A stretch of 39,374 nucleotides of DNA from a virus, in IMG/VR virus record IMGVR_UViG_3300045988_104640, positions 1 through 39,374 of that record; one strand, given 5' to 3'. This document shows positions 33,470-39,374 of this stretch, piece by piece. Each line of letters opens with the position of its first letter. Position 1 is the first letter of the stretch. Under the pieces are notes generated by a model. It ran no database searches. It saw nothing but the letters and a program-made list of their open reading frames with translations, and was not told the DNA's origin. The position numbers and the translations under genes were made by a program.

Positions 33470-33910
33470 ATGGAATATATGGAGCTTATAAACCTTATTG
33501 CGGAGAAAAAGGAACCTGACTGGGATAAGGTGCACTATGCAATAGACGAAGGCATGGAACGCTTAAAAAAGTATGACCCGTCATGCTATGAATCAGTAAT
33601 GAACGAAATAGGCGCAGTCGCGTATCATATCTGCGATGAAAAAGCAAGAGAGATTGTGCGGAGCATGAGACCGTACGGAGAAAAGTGGTCGCAAGATGTC
33701 ATACGGGATTTTGTACGGGCAAAAGGAATTACCGAAAACTGCGTGTCGTGGTATTTAGTTATGAATATGGCGTATAACGATTACCACGACACAGCGGCGA
33801 TGGTCGGCATGTCAGAGGACGCAGAATTCTATTACAGCATAGCGAACAACTTCATCAATGATATTGACGGGAAAAAGTACAAAGTATCAAAATATTTTCT
33901 TGACAGATAG
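33470..33910 (+). CDS. hypothetical protein, 146 aa
   Basis: SD TAAGGGGTG. Last plus-strand gene before attP. Confidence 0.5.
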   Translation: MEYMELINLIAEKKEPDWDKVHYAIDEGMERLKKYDPSCYESVMNEIGAVAYHICDEKAREIVRSMRPYGEKWSQDVIRDFVRAKGITENCVSWYLVMNMAYNDYHDTAAMVGMSEDAEFYYSIANNFINDIDGKKYKVSKYFLDR

Positions 33911-33938
33911 CAATGATGTGACACTTAGTGTGACACAA

Positions 33939-33969
33939 ACGGCTATAACCGTTGGAAAATAGCCGTTTT
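33939..33969 (+). terminator. intrinsic terminator after the cargo cluster
   Basis: ACGGCTAT-N12-ATAGCCGT followed by TTT. Confidence 0.55.
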
Positions 33970-33994
33970 GCTTCCCTCTACGAATGCGAAGGTT

Positions 33995-34022
33995 GGGGGT
34001 TCGAGTCCCTTATGGCGCACCA
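33995..34022 (+). other. attP core candidate: 3' fragment of a tRNA gene (T arm, acceptor 3' strand, CCA)
   Basis: GGGGG-TTCGAGT-CCCTT-ATGGCGC-A-CCA. No matching 5' acceptor strand (GCGCCAT) is present upstream. Adjacent to the integrase. Confidence 0.65.
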
Positions 34023-34029
34023 CATTGAA

Positions 34030-34062
34030 AACGCTGAAATTTCAAAGGTTTCAGCGTTTTTT
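34030..34062. terminator. bidirectional terminator between attP and the integrase 3' end
   Basis: AACGCTGAAA-N9-TTTCAGCGTT: a 10-bp stem with a T-run on the plus strand and TTTTC on the minus strand. Confidence 0.7.
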
Positions 34063-34111
34063 ATTGCCTTGATTTTTGTAAAAAAGTGTAAAAAAATAAG
34101 GCTAAATGGTG

Positions 34112-35185
34112 CTAAATAGTGGTATTAGGTGTGACACTCGGTGTGACACTTTTTGCGATTAGCTGTGCCGCTTCAATTACATCGGAATTATCGACATGGG
34201 TGTAAATGTTTGCGGTTAATCGAATGTCTGAATGCCCCATGAGGTATTGAGCGATTCTGATGTCAACTTTTTTTCTGCATAGGTTTGTACAATAGGTGTG
34301 CCGCAGACAATACGGTACAATATCATCAGCAAGAGGGTACGGCGGCATGAGTTTGTTCCGATACACCTCACAGCCCATAGCAATGTTCATTTCCCGGCGC
34401 AGAAAATTGAACGCGCGTTGAAAACTCTTATCGTTGTGCTTCTTTCCTGCTTCGTTTGGGGCGATATACGACGATTTGGGAGTGTTTTTAATCTTTTGAT
34501 ATAGTTCGTCGGGTATCGGAATGTTCCGCTCGGCATTGACCGTTTTCGTGCCTCTGACATGGAAAACATTATATTCTTCATCACCGTCTTTTAGTGTAGT
34601 GATGTCTTTTCCCATCGCTTCCCGTGCTTCCGAAGAGCGCAGACCTAAATAATACATGAGCTGAAACGCAAGAAATCTTTCATTATCACATACAGACAAA
34701 AAGATTTCCTCTTCTTCCGGCGTGAGCGAACGGCGTTCTTCCTTTGTGCCAGAGCGCATTTTGTAAAGGGCTTCCGTTGGATCGTCTAAAATCAGCTTAT
34801 TTTCCTTCGCCGTTCGGAATATGAACCGCAAGCCCTGGTACACTTGATTTATTTGATATTGTGAATTTCCGTTTTGATAAGACAATACTGTCTGAACATC
34901 TATCGGCTTTATGCTCTTTAGGGTTCGGCTGCCGATGTGCTCCAATATGCAATGATTCATTCGATACTCATACCGCTTGCGTGTTTCTTCGTTCTGTCCT
35001 GTTTTGTAGGTAGCAATGCACTTCTCCGTCCAGTCTCTTACGGTCATATCACCCGAAACAACAACCTTTCCCTCTTGCAAATCCCTTTGTTTATTTGCCA
35101 GCTTCATAATGGCTTCTTTTTCTGTTTTTCCTCTGACAGTGTATCGTTTACCCTCATAGGTAAATGTTTTTCTTATGTATTCCAC
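34112..35185 (-). CDS. int: tyrosine integrase
   Basis: LRSSEAREA (Arg I), LRHTYCTNL, GHSDIRLTANIYTHV (H-x-x-R ... Y). GTG start with AGGAA SD. Confidence 0.95.
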   Translation of the reverse strand: MEYIRKTFTYEGKRYTVRGKTEKEAIMKLANKQRDLQEGKVVVSGDMTVRDWTEKCIATYKTGQNEETRKRYEYRMNHCILEHIGSRTLKSIKPIDVQTVLSYQNGNSQYQINQVYQGLRFIFRTAKENKLILDDPTEALYKMRSGTKEERRSLTPEEEEIFLSVCDNERFLAFQLMYYLGLRSSEAREAMGKDITTLKDGDEEYNVFHVRGTKTVNAERNIPIPDELYQKIKNTPKSSYIAPNEAGKKHNDKSFQRAFNFLRREMNIAMGCEVYRNKLMPPYPLADDIVPYCLRHTYCTNLCRKKVDIRIAQYLMGHSDIRLTANIYTHVDNSDVIEAAQLIAKSVTPSVTPNTTI

Positions 35186-35189
35186 AATT

Positions 35190-35582
35190 CTATTCCTGCT
35201 CTTCTTTCATTTTTACACCAAGGAAAAGAAAAGACGCTTGACCGACAACGGATAATACAATAGCTATCCATGATGCAACAATGGCTGCAGAAAAATCGTT
35301 GTGTATAGTTAATTGTGCATTAAAATATATAGTTTGAGCTATGCACAAAAGAGATGTTATTATAGCACTTGTTTTTGTTCCGATTCCATAAGAAATAGCA
35401 TAGCAAAACAAAGAGAAAAATCCATATAGCACTAACAATCCAACTCCAAAGCTTACCACAACAAACATTCCTGATGTGAAGAAATCACCTATAAATGTTG
35501 CCACACGATAAATCAAAGGTTGTGCAAAGCTTAAAACTACAAAGCATATAACGATTTGTGCGATACCTTTTAATACTTTCAT
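35190..35582 (-). CDS. polytopic membrane protein, 130 aa (superinfection-exclusion candidate)
   Basis: SD GGAGGT before ATG 35582. About four hydrophobic segments. Lies in the lysogenic operon between ImmA and int. Confidence 0.55.
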   Translation of the reverse strand: MKVLKGIAQIVICFVVLSFAQPLIYRVATFIGDFFTSGMFVVVSFGVGLLVLYGFFSLFCYAISYGIGTKTSAIITSLLCIAQTIYFNAQLTIHNDFSAAIVASWIAIVLSVVGQASFLFLGVKMKEEQE

Positions 35583-35601
35583 TTTGTACCTCCTGTATTT
35601 C

Positions 35602-35838
35602 CTAAATAGTAGCATGTCTAATAGCTTCAATCTCTCCGATTGGCATATCACTGTCAAAGTCATTATGTGCGATATGTGCTATTTCATGCCTAAAAGTTCT
35701 ATATTGCACTTCTGCATTAAATGCGGTATTCAAGCAGATGGTGTAAAATGGTTCTCCGTTATCGTCGAATGTTTGGGTTACGAACCCCCTTATTGATAGC
35801 GGCAAAGGGTGATAGATAATATTAACTCTTTCTTCCAT
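35602..35838 (-). CDS. ImmA/IrrE-family metallopeptidase (short form)
   Basis: HEIAHIAHND contains the HExxH motif. Immediately downstream of the XRE repressor. Confidence 0.8.
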   Translation of the reverse strand: MEERVNIIYHPLPLSIRGFVTQTFDDNGEPFYTICLNTAFNAEVQYRTFRHEIAHIAHNDFDSDMPIGEIEAIRHATI

Positions 35839-35847
35839 AGCTCCCTC

Positions 35848-36210
35848 CTATTTTTTATTGCCTAACCTCCTGACTAAATCATTCACATATTGTAAGTCTG
35901 TGTCAGGAAGTTTTCTTGAGGCTTCTAACAATGTTTTCATTCCCGGTCTGTTTGCAATTTCTTGTGCAATGGTATTTGCTTCTTCATCGAAATAATATTC
36001 ATCTTTGAAGATACCATTCTCTTCTCCTGTAAGAATGTAATCGGTTGATACGCCGAAGTATTCGGATAGCTTGAACAGAGTGTCGCTTGCAGGGCTATAC
36101 TTTTTCCATTTATACGATGCGTTCTTTCCTATACCTAAAATTCTTTCCAATTCACTTATTTTGATTCCATTCTCATTACAAAGGTTCTTTACTCTGTCAA
36201 AAGCTGTCAT
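35848..36210 (-). CDS. XRE-family CI-like repressor
   Basis: IKISELERILGIGKNASYKWKK ... LSEYFGVSTDYILTG is the HTH_3 pattern. Divergent from the cro-like gene. Confidence 0.9.
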   Translation of the reverse strand: MTAFDRVKNLCNENGIKISELERILGIGKNASYKWKKYSPASDTLFKLSEYFGVSTDYILTGEENGIFKDEYYFDEEANTIAQEIANRPGMKTLLEASRKLPDTDLQYVNDLVRRLGNKK

Positions 36211-36224
36211 TCTATTCCCCCCTA

Positions 36225-36410
36225 TAAAAAAATATAGAAAATTATAGAAAAAGCATTGACAATTATAGATACTTATAGTAATATCGAAGTATAAGTTATA
36301 GAAACTTATAAAAAATGGCTTTTTCTATAAAAACTTATGAGATGTGGTGTCTATATAATAAGTCTTTTTTATAGAAAAGTCAATAAAAAACTATAAGTAT
36401 TTATAGTTTT
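36225..36410. promoter_or_regulatory. genetic-switch region with an array of TTATAG(A/T)A operator-like half sites
   Basis: Sites at about 36232, 36242, 36263, 36273, 36296, 36304, 36323 (inverted) and 36369. Perfect palindrome AAAACTATAA-GTAT-TTATAGTTTT at 36387-36410. One more TTCTATAA at 36801. Confidence 0.7.
36256..36284 (+). promoter_or_regulatory. early rightward promoter (PR-like)
   Basis: TTGACA, 17-nt spacer (containing two operator half sites), TAATAT. Confidence 0.7.
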
Positions 36411-36821
36411 AATGCAAAAGAAAAACGGCACATCTTACACTGTACCGTTCTTCTTCCGAATTGTTTACCTTTCGTACCTTGCACAACTTACAAACAATTT
36501 CATCGTGAATCAGTTTCTGCGCTTCCAAGCGAACGATGGGATTTCTGCGCTATTCCCAGCGGTGAGTTGCAAAATGTTGGCGTGTAAGCACCAATCTAAA
36601 GGGGTACGCTTCGACTTTAGCAGTTCGGTTTGCTTAGGCTTTCCAGCCTTAATGCAGTCGGGTGGCAAGTATCGGTATAACCGATGTTGTCACAAAGGCA
36701 CACGAGAAATAAAAAGCTGTCCACACAGGGAAATCAGCCCCCTTTCTCGGGCATAACTGACAAGCTACTCTGCTTGCCGCCTCGATTGCATTATACCACA
36801 TTCTATAAGAAAGGAGAGACA
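36411..36821 (+). other. long untranslated leader / candidate structured RNA upstream of cro
   Basis: No SD-preceded ORF. The only ORF (36412-36756) has atypical F/C/S/R-rich composition. Stable hairpins at 36636-36649 and 36662-36693. Confidence 0.45.
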
Positions 36822-37019
36822 ATGATTTTCGAAAATATCAAGTATTACGCAAAGAAGCGTGGGCTTACAGTAAAAGAAGTAGAACGCAGAGCAGGAATTG
36901 CCGAAAACGGCTCGTACAAGTGGAAAAACGACTACACTCCGAGCCTCACCAGCCTGCAAAAGGTCGCTGACGTTTTAGGAGTAACAGTCAACACGCTGAT
37001 TAAGGAAAGGAAAGAGTAA
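36822..37019 (+). CDS. Cro-like XRE-family HTH protein, 65 aa
   Basis: SD AAAGGAGAG before ATG 36822. LTVKEVERRAGIAENGSYKWKN ... VADVLGVTVNTLI. Confidence 0.85.
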   Translation: MIFENIKYYAKKRGLTVKEVERRAGIAENGSYKWKNDYTPSLTSLQKVADVLGVTVNTLIKERKE

Positions 37020-37030
37020 TTAACAACTGA

Positions 37031-37157
37031 ATATCCCTTGCATAGGCGGCTCACCCGGGGTTTTTCATCATTTTCTCCCCGTATATAAAATCTTACATCT
37101 TTCACTTTGGAACGCCTCCTACAGTTGCAAATACCGAGCCGCCCATGCAGGGGATAT
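37031..37157. repeat. 22-bp inverted repeat (20/22 match) bracketing an 83-bp segment and overlapping the lipoprotein gene's SD and ATG
   Basis: Left arm ATATCCCTTGCATAGGCGGCTC at 37031-37052. Right arm GAGCCGCCCATGCAGGGGATAT at 37136-37157. Confidence 0.9.
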
Positions 37158-37566
37158 GGAAAGAGAGGAAGAAAAATTGAAAAAAATAATAATTATTACG
37201 CTTTCATTGATACTCGTGTTTGCTCTTTGCGGGTGCCGAGAATCAAACAGAGTATCCTACAATTTGTCTCTTGAGGCAGATAATTTCAATGATGTGCGTC
37301 AAATCACAGTCATTAACTGCATTCAAGGAGATGTACTTTTTCAAATGACAGGCAAAATGTCAATAACAGCAGATATGGAAGACAATCAGCTCGAAGTCAT
37401 AGTTGAAGATGAAAATGGAGAGTACAAGAAACACTTTATTGGTCTTAGTAACAATGTGACATATGTTGTCGAAGATATTACCGCTGGGGATGTTGAAAAG
37501 TACAAATACACATTGAATTTCAACCCGAAAATGTGGGTCCCGGTTGAGTTCAAAACGGTGGATTAG
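37156..37566 (+). CDS. lipoprotein, 136 aa
   Basis: Signal peptide KKIIIITLSLILVFALCGC with an L-x-G-C lipobox. Confidence 0.7.
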   Translation: MEREEEKLKKIIIITLSLILVFALCGCRESNRVSYNLSLEADNFNDVRQITVINCIQGDVLFQMTGKMSITADMEDNQLEVIVEDENGEYKKHFIGLSNNVTYVVEDITAGDVEKYKYTLNFNPKMWVPVEFKTVD

Positions 37567-37567
37567 T

Positions 37568-37810
37568 ATGGACAAGCAGGAAATGATTCGGCGCATGTCG
37601 CAGCATGTAAAAGCGTCGCTAAGCGAGGACGGCGAATCCGTCAAGGGTGCTCCGCAGTTCATCACAAGAATGCAGCTTGCGGAGTACATGGGCTACAAAG
37701 ACCCACACTCGGTGGACAAGTTCCTGTCGGGGCTTGAAAGGATTGCAAAACTTTATTTCATCCCCGATGTAGTAGAGAAATTAAAGAAAGGATGTGAGAC
37801 AAGATGTTAA
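37568..37810 (+). CDS. small HTH-like DNA-binding protein (excisionase candidate), 80 aa
   Basis: ATG 37568 follows the upstream stop. FITRMQLAEYMGYKDPHSVDKFL resembles Xis/MerR-type HTH. Confidence 0.4.
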   Translation: MDKQEMIRRMSQHVKASLSEDGESVKGAPQFITRMQLAEYMGYKDPHSVDKFLSGLERIAKLYFIPDVVEKLKKGCETRC

Positions 37811-38076
37811 AGGATGAACTAGTCAGATTGGCAAACGACTATGACTATCTTTACGGAAAAGTTGACGGACTTTGCGGGGTTGGCTATCTAGGCGTACAGC
37901 TTTACATTCAGCTTTTGAAATCGACATTTGATGAAATGTTCCCCAATGAAACCGTTGAATATTACGGAGAAGAGGAAAGCGACTACTACAGAAAATGTGT
38001 CGAGTATGACGAAGTTGTATTCATGTGCCTAATAGAAAAAGAAGAATATGAGGAGCATTGCAATGAAGAAGTATAG
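37804..38076 (+). CDS. hypothetical acidic protein, 90 aa
   Basis: Overlaps the upstream stop, on the operon strand. Confidence 0.5.
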   Translation: MLKDELVRLANDYDYLYGKVDGLCGVGYLGVQLYIQLLKSTFDEMFPNETVEYYGEEESDYYRKCVEYDEVVFMCLIEKEEYEEHCNEEV

Positions 38077-38578
38077 GAAAACAGGCGGCGGACTGCTTGG
38101 AGTGCTCAACAGGGCAAAGAAGCCCTTAATCTGTCTCACGGTATCGGCTGCCATGCTCGGAGCATACAGCTTTGCATGTGCGGACGATTTGCAGACACGG
38201 CAGCTCCAGGGCGGGGGAATGACCGTAGAATACATACCGTTTGAATCAGAGTATACGCATAAAATGGACAAGCTGATTGAAGCGGAGTGCATGAAGTTGG
38301 GCATTGACGAGACAACCGCAATCGCCATTGCAAGACTGGAAACAGGGCATTACACTTCCCGGTTGTTCACCGAAAGCAACAACTTCGGGGGCATGGGCGA
38401 CGGCAAGAGATATTACACCTACAAAACCCCGGAGGACGGAGCAAAAGCGTTCGTCAAGATGATTAAAGCCTATGCCGACAAGGGCATGGACACACCAAAG
38501 AAAATGCAGAAAACATACTGCCCGAATAACGAAGCATGGGCGGATATGGTAGAAGAACTGAAAGGAGAATTAAGATGA
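38063..38578 (+). CDS. secreted (possibly lipid-anchored) glucosaminidase-family peptidoglycan hydrolase, 171 aa
   Basis: SD GAGGAG before ATG 38063. Signal peptide ending AYSFAC. IARLETGHYTSRLFTESNNFGGM is the FlgJ/LytD-type glucosaminidase motif. Confidence 0.65.
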   Translation: MKKYRKTGGGLLGVLNRAKKPLICLTVSAAMLGAYSFACADDLQTRQLQGGGMTVEYIPFESEYTHKMDKLIEAECMKLGIDETTAIAIARLETGHYTSRLFTESNNFGGMGDGKRYYTYKTPEDGAKAFVKMIKAYADKGMDTPKKMQKTYCPNNEAWADMVEELKGELR

Positions 38579-38859
38579 TTAAATGTGAATTAAACACGAA
38601 AACTGGTCGTGAGCAAGTATGTATTGATGGCAAGCTTCCACACATACTTACAGAACTTGAATACCTGCTTAGAGGGTTCAGAGAAGTTATGGGAAACAAC
38701 CATATGCCGGAAGAGGTACAAGATGAATTATTGGAAACGGCTTTTGAGAACGCGAAGCTTTCCCAAGAAGATTCTATTTTAAAAACTATGGAGAAAATAG
38801 AACTCCCTGATTCTTTCAAGAAATTTGTAAAAGATTTACTTGATAAGGATGAAGAGTAA
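38575..38859 (+). CDS. hypothetical protein, 94 aa
   Basis: SD AAAGGAGA before ATG 38575. Confidence 0.55.
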   Translation: MIKCELNTKTGREQVCIDGKLPHILTELEYLLRGFREVMGNNHMPEEVQDELLETAFENAKLSQEDSILKTMEKIELPDSFKKFVKDLLDKDEE

Positions 38860-38934
38860 AGAAAAAGCTCCCGAAGGAGCCCACATCATTTAAAGTATAC
38901 ACCATTTTTATTTGAATGTCAAAGGAGAGAATAG

Positions 38935-39374
38935 ATGAAAGGTTTTAAAGCATTTGAGCCCGGGCTAATCTGCAAGGGCAAACAATATGAGGAAAACGCT
39001 ATAGCAACAGAGGAGAAAGCGATACCGTGCGATTGTGGTCTTCACTTTTGCAAAAATCCTTTCGATGTATTAGATTACTACCCATTGATAACAGAAAACG
39101 GAAAATTTTCAGAATTTGCTGAAGTTGAAGCATTGGACGAGCCTGTAACAAACGATAAAAAGAAGTATTGCACAACTAAATTAAAGGTTGGTGCAAAGTT
39201 AAGTTTCGAGGGATTCGTGAGGGCTTGCATAGATTTCGTTTTTGTGAGAACAGTTAAGAGTATGCCGGATAATAGTCACGGCTATTCCGCGAAGATAGGC
39301 AGTAGCGGCAATTCCGCGAAGATAGGCAGTAGCGGCAATTCCGCGCAGATAGGCAGTAGCGGCAATTCCGCGCA
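38935..39374 (+). CDS. N-terminal part of the repeat-containing phage protein that continues at nt 2-307
   Basis: SD AAAGGAGAG before ATG 38935, with no stop to the window end. The N-domain MKGFKAFEPGLICKGKQYEE ... CDCGLHFCKNPFDVLDYYP is followed by (I)GSSGNSA(K/Q) 9-aa repeats. From memory, it resembles a widespread phage family with this layout. Confidence 0.75.
   Translation, partial: MKGFKAFEPGLICKGKQYEENAIATEEKAIPCDCGLHFCKNPFDVLDYYPLITENGKFSEFAEVEALDEPVTNDKKKYCTTKLKVGAKLSFEGFVRACIDFVFVRTVKSMPDNSHGYSAKIGSSGNSAKIGSSGNSAQIGSSGNSA

Larger units (their letters stand above)
1..39374. mobile_element. Temperate phage genome, apparently complete and circular (window opened inside a gene)
   Basis: Lysogeny, replication, packaging, head, tail and lysis modules are all present. 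nt 1-30 are identical to nt 39345-39374. The ORF from 38935 continues in frame at nt 2. Confidence 0.85.

Noticed and set aside
33995-34022. A second functional tRNA gene
   Set aside because: Only the T arm, 3' acceptor strand and CCA are present. No complementary 5' acceptor strand or anticodon arm lies upstream. This is consistent with an attP core rather than a gene.
36412-36756. 114-aa plus-strand ORF in the immunity-region leader
   Set aside because: It has no SD. Its composition (F/C/S/R-rich, few K/E/D) is unlike all other genes here. I treat it as noncoding, though a decayed gene cannot be excluded.
38866-38881. GCTCC-CGAA-GGAGC hairpin after 38859 as a plus-strand terminator
   Set aside because: No U-tract follows on the plus strand. 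The T-run is on the minus strand, where no gene needs terminating. It may be an RNA stability element, but I cannot support a call.
39298-39374. 27-bp tandem repeat at the window ends as a noncoding satellite, CRISPR, or terminal repeat of a linear genome
   Set aside because: The repeat is in frame within a long ORF (9-aa units). The ends join in frame, so a coding repeat in a circularised assembly is the simpler explanation.

Overview
The window is an apparently complete ~39.3 kb temperate phage genome from a low-GC Gram-positive, probably clostridial, host. It is a circle opened inside a gene: nt 1-30 equal nt 39345-39374, and an ORF starting at 38935 runs off the end and resumes in frame at nt 2. 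Modules in order:
- Minus-strand lysogeny operon (XRE repressor, ImmA-like protease, membrane protein, integrase; 36210 down to 34112), next to an attP-like tRNA 3' fragment.
- An operator-rich switch, then a cro-like gene and a long plus-strand early region running through the window ends to 10551. It encodes a lipoprotein, a secreted glucosaminidase, a repeat protein, zinc-ribbon proteins, a Rad52-like annealing protein, HNH, a NinB-like protein, a replisome organizer with internal iterons, a DnaC-like loader, a MazG-like protein, a DNA methyltransferase, SSB, a resolvase, many small ORFs and an ArpU-like activator.
- A convergently transcribed five-gene accessory operon (10596-11998, minus).
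- A 1.08 kb ORF-free, GC-rich island containing a tRNA-Tyr (12083-13163).
- Packaging and head genes (terS, terL, portal, scaffold, capsid).
- Podovirus-like tail and ejection genes, with no tape measure, tube or sheath recognisable.
- CHAP endolysin and holin, then a separately promoted five-gene cargo cluster (31789-33910).
The most notable observations are:
- a canonical-core type III hammerhead ribozyme motif inside the accessory operon, fused to the next gene's ribosome-binding site;
- the helix-dense noncoding island around an atypical tRNA-Tyr, a candidate large structured RNA or packaging site;
- a 19-bp sequence repeated at six consecutive gene junctions;
- a 22-bp inverted repeat bracketing 83 bp at the start of a lipoprotein gene;
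- a ~540-nt ORF-poor leader upstream of cro.
All functional calls rest on motif recognition by eye; no database search was run.
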